DNA of 64,000 bases from Octopus vulgaris (lineage: Eukaryota). Location of the stretch: contig OX597830.1 of NCBI GenBank assembly GCA_951406725.2, positions 20,894,001 to 20,958,000 of the forward strand. The letters run 5' to 3'. A program made the position numbers and the translations under genes. Under the pieces are notes generated by a model that searched no databases, was not told the DNA's origin, and saw nothing but the letters and a program-made list of their open reading frames with translations. Of the stretch, positions 52,385 through 64,000 are shown one piece after another; position 1 is the first letter of the stretch; every line of letters starts with the position of its first letter.

Positions 52385-52700
52385 TGTACGTGTGTGTGTA
52401 TATAATGTTTATTTTTAAACAAGAATATCGTTGACGAAGCTTCGAAGTTAATGTCAATATTCTTGTTTAAGAATACTGAATTTGTACTCTACAGAAGTAT
52501 AGAGTAAACTCCTTAGATTAATGTAAAATTCTTATAACTAAACAAAAACAAACATATATACATACGCACACACACACACACACATTTATATATATATGGC
52601 CATTTGTCCGTATTAACGTTCAAGTATTTCACTAGCACATGTTTTCAACATGTAGCACTTTAGTGTCACATATCTAACATGTGCTGCACTTTGTCATATA

Positions 52701-52919
52701 CGGAGTGGATGCTGAAAAGTTCCTGGCTTTGAGTAAAAGAAAATACTGGAGGATCAGTTAATTATGATTTTAATCAACATATTTCTCTCTCAGATTCACA
52801 CACTTATTGCCGCGGTCCTTCAGTTTATCTAAAACCCTGTAAAAAAACTCGGAATGTTGAGCCTCCAACCAGGTTTTTCGCGAAATCCTTAAAGTTAGAA
52901 ACTTTTCAGCACTCCTTTG
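52701..52919 (-). mobile_element. Mariner-derived MITE
   Basis: Imperfect TIRs TGCTGAAAAGTT...AACTTTTCAGCA in TA context; transposase C-terminal remnant FFYRVLDKLKDRGNKCVNLREKYVD*. Confidence 0.8.
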
Positions 52920-52955
52920 CATATATACACATACATACATACATTTATATATATG

Positions 52956-52989
<34 letters not shown>

Positions 52990-53039
52990 TGTATGTATGT
53001 ATGTATGTTATGTATGTATGTATGTATGTATATATATAT

Positions 53040-53218
53040 CATCATCATCATCATCATCATCATCGTTTAACGTCCGTTCTCCATGCTAGCATGGGTTGGA
53101 CGGTTCGACCGGGGATCTGGGAAGCCAGAAGGCTGCACCAGGCTCCAGTCTTATCTGGCAATGTTTCTACAGCTGGATGCCCTTCCTAACGCCAACCACT
53201 CCGTGAGTGTAGTGGGTG

Positions 53219-53220
<2 letters not shown>
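53040..53220 (-). mobile_element. SINE family E 3' part with (GAT)n tail
   Basis: GGTTGGCGTTAGGAAGGGCATCCAGCTGTAGAAAC motif; second copy at 63805-63970. Confidence 0.7.
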
Positions 53221-53255
<35 letters not shown>

Positions 53256-53258
<3 letters not shown>

Positions 53259-53958
53259 CAAGGAAAAATTGTAAAAAAGGTAGAATGCTAAATTGAAAGA
53301 TAATTTTAATGAAAATGGGTGTATGGAAAATTTTGAAAAATTGATAAAACATATATATATATTAATTCAAACCGGTTTTCGTCATAATGTGACTTTTCAA
53401 GAATTGTAAATAAAAAAAAATTTTTTTAATGTGAGGAGGGGGAAAAAAAGAAAATTACATTGTTTTTTGCAAAAAATAATAATAAATATATACAAAAATT
53501 TTTAAAATAGGTACTCCGATACATTGTAAAGTCTTTGTGCATCTTGAGTTTAACGATAGTTCACGAAAAAATTACCTTGAAGTATTGAGATCCAATGGGA
53601 TTAAATCCATGTGTTGTTTAATTTAATTAAGGGTATCTCTTAAGTGAATGGCAAAAACAGGAAGTAGTAGTAGTCCAGTTCCTGTGTTGTGAATAAGGGG
53701 ATACAACTCTATGGGTTTTAAGCTCTTCAATTTGTGTTTATCAATTTTTTGTAATAAAGGGTGTTACTAAACCTTAAATTATAAAATTATCATTTTAGCT
53801 TCATTTGCATTATCTTTTTTTATATAATTGTTTGCTAACTTAACATACAGATTTTAACACTTTATTTATATTGTTTTCTAATTATATAAATTTGCATAAA
53901 CCAATTTATAATTACATTTCAGATTGTTATGTCATATATAATAAAAATAATAATAATG

Positions 53959-54004
<46 letters not shown>

Positions 54005-56045
54005 CAATAATAATAATGATATTTAGAGAATATAAGTTTTAGCTTGAAGTGATGACTGCATGGTATCCTTATGTATTTGTGTTAGTCCATCCATGAAGAA
54101 TGAGGTAGAAAAAAGAAGTATGATCAACGAGGAGTTTGCATATTAAGATGCGTTTTGAATTTTTCAATAAAGAAATTCTCCTTGTTAATTCTCTGCTGTG
54201 TGGTGATTCCGTCTTTACATTGGTAGAAGGGGAATATGTAGAATTTGGGATTTTTGTCTTTAGCGCATGAGTCTATGTGGTCACTCAGTGGGATTTGCCG
54301 GTATTCCGGGAGATTTATTTGTTCTTTATGCACTGCTACTCTTTTACGTAACGGGAGGCTCGTTTGTCCAACATAATTATGTTGGCAACCAGAGCATGTG
54401 AGAACGTAGATAAGTTTCTCGGAGGAACAGGAGAAGTTGGTCTTGATTTTAAACTTTGTTCCTTGTTTGAAGATAAATTCAGAGCCTTCAAGTAGGAAGG
54501 GGCAGGTGCCACAGTTTGGGCGTGCACATTTTTTAACTGCTGGGGGTGGATGTGGTGTGTGAAGTTTGGCATTTGTCAAGAGTTTTTTTTAAAGATTTGT
54601 GTTGCCTTTTACATTTGAGGATTTTGAGTGTATTTATAATGTTTTTCATTTTTGGGTCTGTTGACAATAGACTGAGGTTTTGTATGCTTCGATATTTTTG
54701 GGGTTGTGGGTGGAAATGTATGGAAGTATTTTGGGGTTGTGTGTGGTGTTGGGTTGGGTGGTTTTCAGTGTAATGTTGTCTAGTTCTTTGGCGCGTTTTA
54801 TTCCATACTCTATAAGGGTGGAGGGATATTGGCGTTGTAATAGTGTTTTTTTGAGGTCTTGAAGGCGTATTTCTCGAGTTTGGGATCCGAGACAATGGTG
54901 CATACCCTTTTAGCTAAGTTGAAAGGGATATTTGTCTTGGTGTGTTTTGGGTGGCATGAACTAAAGAGGAGGTATTGTTGTGAGTCTGTAGATTTGTGAT
55001 AGATGTCTGTTATGATTTGGTTTTTAGGTGTTTTTTTATAATTAGGAGATCAAGGAAAGGGAGATGATGTTTGCTTAATTCCATAGTGAATTGGATGTTG
55101 GGATGTATGTTGTTCAGTATGGTTTTGAATTCCAGAAGTTTTTCATAAGGTTCTTTCCATATGATGAAACAATCATCCAAATACCTTTTCCAGTTTTCCA
55201 TTAGGTAGGTGTGGAAAACATGTCCAAATTTCTGGCGTGATATTTCATAGAGTGATAGTTCGAAGAAACCTATTATGAGGTTCGTATGGACTGGTGCAGC
55301 CTTGGTACCCATCGCAATACCACATTTTGACGGTAGTGTGTGTTGTCGAAGAGGAAATAATTGTTTGTAATATGGACTTGAGTGATTCCGTAATAAAGGT
55401 CTTGTGAATGCGGTCAGGGAATGTCTCTGGGTGTTTTTCTAGCCAGAAATCAATTGCCTCAATACCATGTTTATGTGGGATGTTGGTGTAGAGGTTGATG
55501 ACATCAAAGGATACCAGGAGCGCCTCCTCGTTAACTGTTGTCGGGAGGTGTTTGAGCATGTCCAGATCATCCCTAATGAAACTTTTGATGTGGGTAAGGA
55601 AAGGTTTCAAAAGGATGTCTAGGAAATTACTCAGGCGGTGTGTTTCACAGGAGGTGCCAGCCAAGATGGGCCTTAGTTTTAGGTCCTCCGGTGCTTTGAT
55701 GTTGATGTGGATGTCAGAGGAGAGTTTGCAGGCTTCGGTGATGTATTTGTTTTTATGGATTTTAGGAAAGCCATAAAAAAGGCTAGGCTTGCATTTGAAA
55801 TTGGTGATATAATCCCTTTCTTTTTCTGTGAGTCCCCTTAACCCCAGGCAAAACCAAGATAAAATCCAATTTCAGTAGGGAAGAATGGAAAAACCTACGT
55901 GACCTACAACTGGACAAAAACCTTACCATCAAAGAAGCCGACAAAGGGAGCGCTTGTGGTCCTTATGGACACGGAGTTGTATAAACACATAGTGCTTTCC
56001 ATGCTAAACAACAGCACTTTCTATGAGGTTATTAACAACTAAAAC
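53256..56045 (-). mobile_element. Decayed Penelope-like element (Neptune-type): RT, Cys-rich linker and GIY-YIG endonuclease, with inverted 5' piece
   Basis: Frameshifted minus-strand ORF ~55840-54124: FYGFPKIHK, LVSFDVINLYTNIP, MGTKAAP, WKRYLDDCF, CARPNCGTC, LIYVLTCSGCQHNYVGQT...R...H. Plus strand ~55840-56045 reads LTIKEADKG/VVLMD...Y. AT-rich 3' region contains a hammerhead; (TA)n on both sides. Confidence 0.92.
53364..53405 (-). ncRNA. Minimal hammerhead motif, U3-A8 variant, in the Penelope 3' region
   Basis: Minus strand AATTC-TTGAAAA-GTCA(catta)TGAC-GAA-AACCGGTT-T-GAATT; perfect stems I and II, palindromic stem III. Confidence 0.75.
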
Positions 56046-56078
56046 CTCACCACACTCATACTCCAACACGGTCAGGGA

Positions 56079-56171
<93 letters not shown>

Positions 56172-56176
<5 letters not shown>

Positions 56177-56485
56177 ATCAGTGGTTAGAGCGTCGGGCTC
56201 ACAATCATGAGGTAGTGAGTTCGATTCCCGGATCAGGCTGTGTGTTGTCTTCTTGAGCAAGACACTTTATTTCACATTGCTCCAGTTCACTCAGCTGTAG
56301 AAATGAGTTGGGATATCATTGGTGCTACGATGTATCGGCCTTTACCTTTCCCATGAATAATTTTGGTGGTATGGAGAGGGGGAGATTGGTATGCATGAGC
56401 GACTGCTGGTCTTCCATAAACAACCTTGCCTGAACTTGTGCCTCGGAGGGATACTGGGGCACTTTCTAGGTACAATCCCGTAATC
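56172..56485 (+). mobile_element. tRNA-derived SINE of a further family
   Basis: TGGATCAGTGGTTAGAGCG (A box), GAGTTCGATTCCC (B box), then CTTGAGCAAGACACTT...CACTCAGCTGTAGAAATGAGT. Confidence 0.75.
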
Positions 56486-56835
56486 ATTAATTTTTTTTTC
56501 TTGTGCACTTCGAGAACCAGTTCCAAAACCAAAGACGAATTATGTGTGTTTTGGGTTTCCCCGCCTCTGCTTGACAACCAGTGTTAGTTTATTTACGTCC
56601 ACACAATTTAGCAAAAGAGAATAATTGGAGTCGATTCATTCGATTAAAACATTTCAGGCCTGTGTCCCCCCCCCCACCAGCATGGTCGCAATCCAATGAC
56701 TGCAACAAGTAAACAAACGATGAAGATAAAATGCAATCACATACACACTCTGACCTATACGTCGGTTTAAACGACGATCTTGTGACTCGGAATTTGGCAT
56801 TCGGAAGTTCTGCGGAAATACATCTCATATGTATG

Positions 56836-56898
<63 letters not shown>

Positions 56899-57250
56899 AT
56901 ACATACACACATATATACAAACTGTATCTGTGTTTATGTGAGAACCGGTGTCGTTGCAAAAAGCGTAACCGGTGTTCTGTCAAAATGCGCGACCCAGGCG
57001 ATCCGGCAACTATTATATAGATCGATAAAATATATATGGGTACCACAGAGAAAAATAAGTGCTGAGAGGTCGATAAGATCGATTAAATCCCTTGAAGTTA
57101 TTAATACCACCATCTAGGCAATACTCCAATGACTGTCACCAGTAAAAGACTATCCATTCCATACGTGCATTCTTTATATATTGCTGTCTACTTCCTCTTT
57201 TACCTTTCCGCTGATCGTACTGGACTTCTGCTGAGGCTCATTCAACGATG

Positions 57251-57337
<87 letters not shown>

Positions 57338-57450
57338 GAGTGAGAGAGCAGTGCATGCCATCAAAGTGACACTGGGGTAAAATATACGAAGCCCAGTATA
57401 CCCATCATGACTACCCGTCTGATAAGGGTACACTAGGCACATGCATCACA

Positions 57451-57489
<39 letters not shown>

Positions 57490-57559
57490 GTTATTATTAT
57501 TTTGTATCATCCTTTTCCCTTTTGTGTTCTCCCCCTGCGGCCGCGCTAATGAAGTATAG

Positions 57560-57606
<47 letters not shown>

Positions 57607-57904
57607 CATCATTGCCATTATTGACTTTCATCGTTTCGAGGTCGATAAAAGAAGTACCAGTTGAACTCTGAAGTTGATGTAATCGACTTCCGTCTCCCCC
57701 AGAATTCTTGGCCTTGTGCCAAAATTTTAAGCCATTACTATTATCATTATCATCGTCATTATTATTATTGTTATTAAACATATCACATACACATACACAG
57801 AATTTTCCGAGTCGTATTTAAAACTATGTAGTTTCGCTTTAAGATTAGGCCTAGAATGGGATTTTTTTTACTGCAGTTTTTGGATAGTGATTAATCGTTT
57901 GTAT

Positions 57905-58060
57905 ACAGGCGTGGCCGTGTGTTAAGAAGCTTGCTACTCTACCACATGGTTCCGGGTACTGCATGGCACCTTGGGCAAGTCTCTTTTGCTATAGCCTCGG
58001 GCCGGCCAAGCCTTGTGAGTGGATTTGGTAGTAGACGGAAACTGAAAGAAGCCCATCGTG

Positions 58061-58143
<83 letters not shown>

Positions 58144-58400
58144 ATATATAAAGTGTGTGTGTACATATATATATTATTGATAGAGAGGTAGACATAGATA
58201 TAGCTGTGTGCCTGTGCCCTACATCTGCTTGGCAACCGGTGTTGGTTTGTTTACGTCCCCGTAAGTTATCGGTTCAGTAAAAATAAGCTGATAGAATAAA
58301 TACCAGACTTGAAAAAAAAAAAAAAATTCAGGGGTCGATTCGTCCCCTTTAGGGCGGTGCCCCAACATGGCCACAGTCTAACGACTGAAACAACAAGTTA
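57905..58400 (+). mobile_element. SINE family A
   Basis: Head, long (TA)n and tail. Confidence 0.85.
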
Positions 58401-58934
58401 AATGATATTTATTTATTTATAACGAACGCTGCCTTGGTGCATTGCCGACGAAAAGGCTTCTTTGTGGTCATTGGCCGAGCTAGAAATAGCAATCAAATCT
58501 CTCACACACACACACACTTCTATCTGGAAAAAAACGGAGAGATGTATTGACTAATGTATCCCTAAGTATACTGGGTGAAAGAAGGCATGGTGATGATGTC
58601 TAGAAAGCCCCTTCGGATCATATGTCAAGCTCGTATGGTTGACCTGGGGCTGAAGAACAGTGACTCCCACTTGTCATATATTTAACATCTGTCGTCACAG
58701 TTACACGCAACAGCTATTTGTTCATACATCTTCACAACACCTACGTACATCAGACACGTTTACACGTTTGCAGCATCCGTCTTCAGTACTGCATTCACAG
58801 CCTTGCACACACACACACACACACACGTCACACACGTGCACATGTGTCTATGTATGTATGTATGTATGTATGTATGTATGTATGTATGTATGTATGTATG
58901 AATGTATGTATATATGTATGTATGCATGTATGTG

Positions 58935-58982
<48 letters not shown>

Positions 58983-59081
58983 ACACGTTCATATTTATAC
59001 TCAGATGTGTGTAAATATACATCATATGTACATTTTATATATGTATATATATTTATGTGTACATCTATCTATCTATCTATC

Positions 59082-59117
<36 letters not shown>

Positions 59118-59136
59118 GATATTAAACGTGATACTA

Positions 59137-59171
<35 letters not shown>

Positions 59172-59380
59172 TAGATAGATAGATAGATAGATAGAAGTAT
59201 ACACGTGCGCGCGTTTTCGGTTTGGTTAAGAGATTCTGAACCACGTGGTTCCAGGTTCGATCCGGCTACACAAACACTTTTGGCAGGAGTTTTCTATTTG
59301 TATCCTCGGGCTTTACTTATATTTTCGTAGTGAAATTTTGTAGACGAACAGACGACACCAAGGAAAGCTTACCTCCCACG

Positions 59381-59413
<33 letters not shown>

Positions 59414-60109
59414 TCATAGTCTTAATAAGAAGGTTATTCGTGTTTGCATCCCGTAGCTTAGCGGTTTGACTATTAGAGAACGACAAAACAGATGCTGGTG
59501 GAATCGACATTGCGAAGTAAAAATCTAAGAAGGCAGCTGCCCTGGCATGATCAATGTCCACCGACTTCGAACCTATAGCTGTCGATTGTTCATACATAAA
59601 CGTCTTCAGAGAAATGCTGTCACTCCGTACATACTACACCATTTATTTGTAGGTGTTCGAACAATCGTATTGTCACACACATTCACACGCATCTTATTAG
59701 TTATTGGTTATTTATATACACCCGCTCACGTAAACACCTACGATCATTCGGTGTTGCTCGCCACATGACCGGACGTGCACCGACTTGGCCCGGCGGTTTA
59801 GATACGCATGCTTGTCTGGTTCGGTCCCGACACAGAAAATAGAGAGACACGGGTTTCATTTTTTTTGGTGTTATTCCACTTCTATATATGGGATAAAGTT
59901 AGGTCTATGTAACCCTTCTTAATATCTTTAATTTCTCCTCTTTCACTTTCGCTCTCTCTCTCTCTCTCTCAGTCCATCTCTGGCTGTCCTCATCTCTTGC
60001 TACTGTCTTCCGTTCTATGGTATTGCCTGAAGTTCTTTTGAGTGCAGGTGGTAGTTATAAAGGAGGCATTGACACTCGTCTTTCTATTTCTATGCTAAAA
60101 TATTCCGTA

Positions 60110-60150
<41 letters not shown>

Positions 60151-60158
60151 GTATGTAT

Positions 60159-60225
<67 letters not shown>

Positions 60226-60238
60226 TAGATAGATAGAT

Positions 60239-60321
60239 GCTCTATTTAAAAGCAGCAGAAATTTAACAAAAGCTGTTACACGGAGTTTTTGTTAAATTTC
60301 TGCTGCTTTTTTAAATAAAGC
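60239..60321. repeat. Hairpin with 24-bp perfect arms and imperfect extension, between microsatellites
   Basis: AAAAGCAGCAGAAATTTAACAAAA-15 nt-TTTTGTTAAATTTCTGCTGCTTTT. Confidence 0.9.
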
Positions 60322-60390
60322 ATATTACTCTACCTCTGGTATTTGAGTACTCTTTTTTCCCACCTTGTTTCACATTTATGCGTTTACTCC

Positions 60391-60453
<63 letters not shown>

Positions 60454-60540
60454 ATATTAGATTGATGTAAGACTTATTGTACCAAGACTTCTCTCTGTAC
60501 ATATGTAGGAAATATCCGGTGTGTGTTTTTTTACTACATG

Positions 60541-60589
<49 letters not shown>

Positions 60590-61187
60590 GGGTGTCCCGG
60601 TTCAGATTCGTTCTCGTATCTATTCTGGGTTATAAACTGTGGGTGTCAAGACCTGTGCATATGTATGTATGTATATTTGGATACGCGCGCATACATATAC
60701 AATGTACGTGTGTGTGTGTGTGTGTGCTGTTTGTGTACGTACTTTTCTTGTCCTGCACATTTCAACTATTTTTACTGCTGCTGCTGCTATTGAGGTTATG
60801 TTGTTGTTGTTGTTGTTGCTGTTCCTACATCTTTTACTAAACATCAACACAACGAGCAATACCGTGTCATCATCATCACCATTAGCATCATTTTTCGCCA
60901 CCGACGCCATCACTATGCTTGGCTTCCGTTGTCGCCAACTTGCTAAATTTAATAGCTTACGCCTTCTCTTTCTGTCTCTGTCTTTCTCTTCTTCACTCTC
61001 TCTCTCTCTCTCTGCCTGTCTTTCTCTCTCTGTATATGTATGCATGTATGTATTTATGTGTGTGTGTGTCTTACAAGCACACCTGTGTATATATGTATAT
61101 AGGTGTGCGTCTACTCTGTGTGCATGTGTCATATAAATTTAATAAATGTGTGTATGTGTATAAGTCCGAGCACACACACACACACAG

Positions 61188-61360
61188 CTGTCGTTACGTT
61201 CCGAGTTCAAATTCCGCCGAGGTCGACTTTGCCTTTCATCCTTTCGGGGGTCGATAAATTAAGTACCAGTTACACACTGGAGGTCGATGTAATCGACTTA
61301 ATCCCTTTGTCTGTCCTTGTTTGTCCCCTCTGTGTTTAGCCCCTTGTGGTTAGTAAAGAT
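61188..61360 (+). mobile_element. SINE family B body
   Basis: Matches the 4433-4615 unit. Confidence 0.85.
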
Positions 61361-62272
61361 ATATATATATATATATACTAATTATTTAGTATTACTTAAG
61401 TTTACCATGAAATGGTCCTTTTTTTCATGCCGTTTTCTACTTGGTGAAATTATTGATTACTTCTTAATTAATTAATTTTACCCTTTGTTATTATTGATAT
61501 ATATATATATATAAACTTAGATATGTTTCGACCAAAGATTGGTCCAGGCCATGTCTAACTTAATAGCACCACCTATATATATATATATATATTATTTGTG
61601 TGTGTTACGTTTAATCTTACGAAACGATAAAACGACGATATATATATTACATGGACTAGAAAATAGAAAATGTTGTCTACATAAACGAGCGTGTACACAC
61701 ACAGAGAAAGCATCCTATGTATGTATAATGTTATGTGTGTGCAGATACACACGCGCCATTTTAAGGGAGAAAGATAGGGAGAAAGAGAAAGAGAGCATGT
61801 ACACGGGATATAAGGTGCCCCCAAACACGCCTGTTTATGATACATGTGTATGCTCTGTGTTTTTATGTGTATATGTATATGTTTACGTGAATGTGTATAT
61901 ATGTGTGTGTCTCTGTGTCTGTCTATGTATAGTTGTGTGTATATGTGTGTGTAACCATCACAAGTTTAAATAGTTCTTGGATTTTTCATCTTTAAACTAT
62001 TTTAAGAAGGGAGAAGGGAAAAAAAATGTAAGAACAATAAAGAACAAATAGAATTTTCTTAAAATGCCTGATTTTCCTTGGATTTCATTGCATTTTTGAA
62101 AATGTAAAAAGGAAAAAAAAAAAAAAAATGTCACGTTGTCTTTGAGATTAATAAAGGTGTACTTTTTTCTGGTTCCTCCCCTCACCTTTTTCTTCCTTTT
62201 TAATTTCTTTTTCTTTCCTTTTTAAATATTTCCGTTCCTACTTCTAACTTCTTTGTTATCTCATTAAGCTTA

Positions 62273-62337
<65 letters not shown>

Positions 62338-62365
62338 GTTATTAGTAGTAGTAGTAGTAGTAGTA

Positions 62366-62530
62366 GTGGCTGTGTGGTAAAGTAGCTTGTTTACGAACCA
62401 CATGGTTCCGGGTTCAGTCCCACTACGTGGCACCTTGGGCAAGAGTCTTCTTCTATAACCTCGGGTCGACCGAAGCCTTGTGAGTGGATTTGGTACATGG
62501 AAACTAGAAGAAGCCCGTCGTATATATGTG

Positions 62531-62561
<31 letters not shown>

Positions 62562-62779
62562 ATGTGTGTGAGTGTGTGTGTATCTGTGTTTGTCTCCCCC
62601 CAACATCGCTTGACAACCGATGCTGGTGTGTTTACGTCCCCGTAACTTAGCGGTTCGGCAAAATAAACCGATAGAATAAGTACTAGGCTTACAAAAGAAT
62701 AAGTCATGGGGTCGATTTGCTCGACTAAAGGCGGTACTCCAGCGTGGCCACAGTCAAATGAATGAAACAAAGAATAAAA

Positions 62780-62782
<3 letters not shown>
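62366..62782 (+). mobile_element. SINE family A inserted in a (GTA)n repeat
   Basis: Head, body and tail; (GTA)n on both sides. Confidence 0.9.
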
Positions 62783-62813
<31 letters not shown>

Positions 62814-63199
62814 CGTGGTGGTGGTGGTAAGTTGTACATGGGACGATATGAATGACTGTTCGCACCCCCGAAATGTGTCGTACCCCTTATGCCTATACAA
62901 ACATTCATTAGGGAGTCGATCAAACTGACCCTTTTCTCCCTCGACCACTATACTCCCACCCACCCACCCCCACTCTCCCGCAAATATTGCGGATATTTAA
63001 TATTCTTTCTGCTGTCCGCCTCTCGTCCTTGAAATTGCTGGCCCTGTTCCAAAAATTGAAACTATTATAACAGGACGATAGGTTAGCTAAGTAATATTGC
63101 CTTGCGGCTTTTGTTGTTTCGAGTCTTCGCGTTCTGAGTTTAAATCCCGCCGAGGTCGATCGCCCCGATTTTTGGCCTTCTGTCTAGATTGGAAGCAAC

Positions 63200-63550
63200 T
63201 ACGGTTGTGAAGTTATGAAGCTTGATTCGCAGTCATGTAGTTTCGGGTTCAGTTCCACTGTGTGGCACCTTGGGCAGGTGTCTTCTACTTGAGCCGCGGA
63301 CTGATTAATGCCTTGTGAATAAATTCGATTGACAGAAACTGTATGGAAGCTTGTCGTGTGTGTGTGTGCGTGCGCGCGTATGTATTTGTGTTTGTGTTTG
63401 CCACCACTTGACAACCGGCGTTGGTTTGCCGTAACTTAGCGGTTCAGCAAAAGTATCCGATAGAGTCAGTACCAGGCTTATAAAGCGAAGTACTGTGGTT
63501 GATTTGTCCGACTAAACCCTTCGAGGTTATGCCCCAGCATGGCCGCAGTC
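63200..63550 (+). mobile_element. Diverged SINE family A
   Basis: GGGTTCAGTTCCACTGTGTGGCACCTTGGGCA...CAGCATGGCCGCAGTC. Confidence 0.75.
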
Positions 63551-63639
63551 GTTTATTGTAAAAGGTGATGGATTTAATCAGTCTGAGGGTGCGTGGAACA
63601 AAATACCTGAAAACAATTAGGCCACATCATATTGTGTTT

Positions 63640-63970
63640 ATTCTTTTATTCTTTTACATATTTCAGTCATTTGACTGCGGCCATGCTGGAACACTGCCTT
63701 TAGTCGAGCAAATCGACCTTAGGACTTATTCTTTGTAAGTCTAGTACTTATTCTATCGGTTCTTTTGCCGAACCGCTAAGTTACGAGGACGTAAACACAC
63801 CAGCATCATTTCACGTCCGCTTTCCATGCTGGTATGGGTTGGACGGCTTAATAGGAACTGGTAAAACTTAATGGCCGCACCAAACTCCATAGTCTGTTTT
63901 GGCTTTGGTTTTCTACGGCCGGATGCCCTTCCTAATGCCAACCACTTCGCAGAGTGTACTCGGTGTTTTT
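63640..63970 (-). mobile_element. SINE family A 3' half (63640-63806) followed by a family E fragment
   Basis: Matches 51830-51990 and 53060-53220 respectively. Confidence 0.8.
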
Positions 63971-64000
63971 TTTTTATGTGGAAACTTAGTTTCAGAACCC

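Noticed and set aside
61517-61558. Minus-strand GACCAA/TTGGTC-GAAAC stem
   Set aside because: No recognisable 5' core upstream of the stem.
1-64000. Most ORFs in the supplied track (poly-T/Y/I/H/S/L, YIYI, THTH, CVCV, SLSL peptides)
   Set aside because: They are translations of microsatellites or SINEs, with no domain motifs or splice support.
38779-64000. Further ZEB exons (zinc fingers, homeodomain)
   Set aside because: No C2H2 or homeodomain coding sequence recognised; small exons could have been missed.

Overview
Eukaryotic, AT-rich, microsatellite-saturated genomic DNA. The repeat complement (tRNA-headed SINE families, dense (TA)n/(CA)n) suggests a coleoid cephalopod, probably Octopus; this is an inference. 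The only convincing host-gene sequence is the 58-nt first coding exon of a ZEB/zfh1-family zinc-finger homeobox gene (38721-38778, +; MSEMTRCGRRKQLNPRRKN|GTAAGT). It lies in an ~11-kb transposon-poor island, and the rest of the window is probably its long first intron. Everything else is repeats: SINEs, MITEs with clear TIRs/TSDs, mariner relics, Helitron/Helentron-type elements, decayed RTE and R4/Dong-like LINEs, and a decayed Neptune-type Penelope element (RT + GIY-YIG). The most interesting signal is eight minimal type-I hammerhead ribozyme motifs in short Penelope-like fragments inserted in microsatellites. Their cores co-vary at the C3-G8 tertiary pair (C-G, G-C, U-A), and one lies in the 3' region of the Penelope element. 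Two retroelements show twin-priming-like 5' inversions, and fold-back palindromes recur. Nearly all ORFs in the supplied track are microsatellite artefacts. Repeat boundaries were read by eye and are approximate unless a TSD is quoted.
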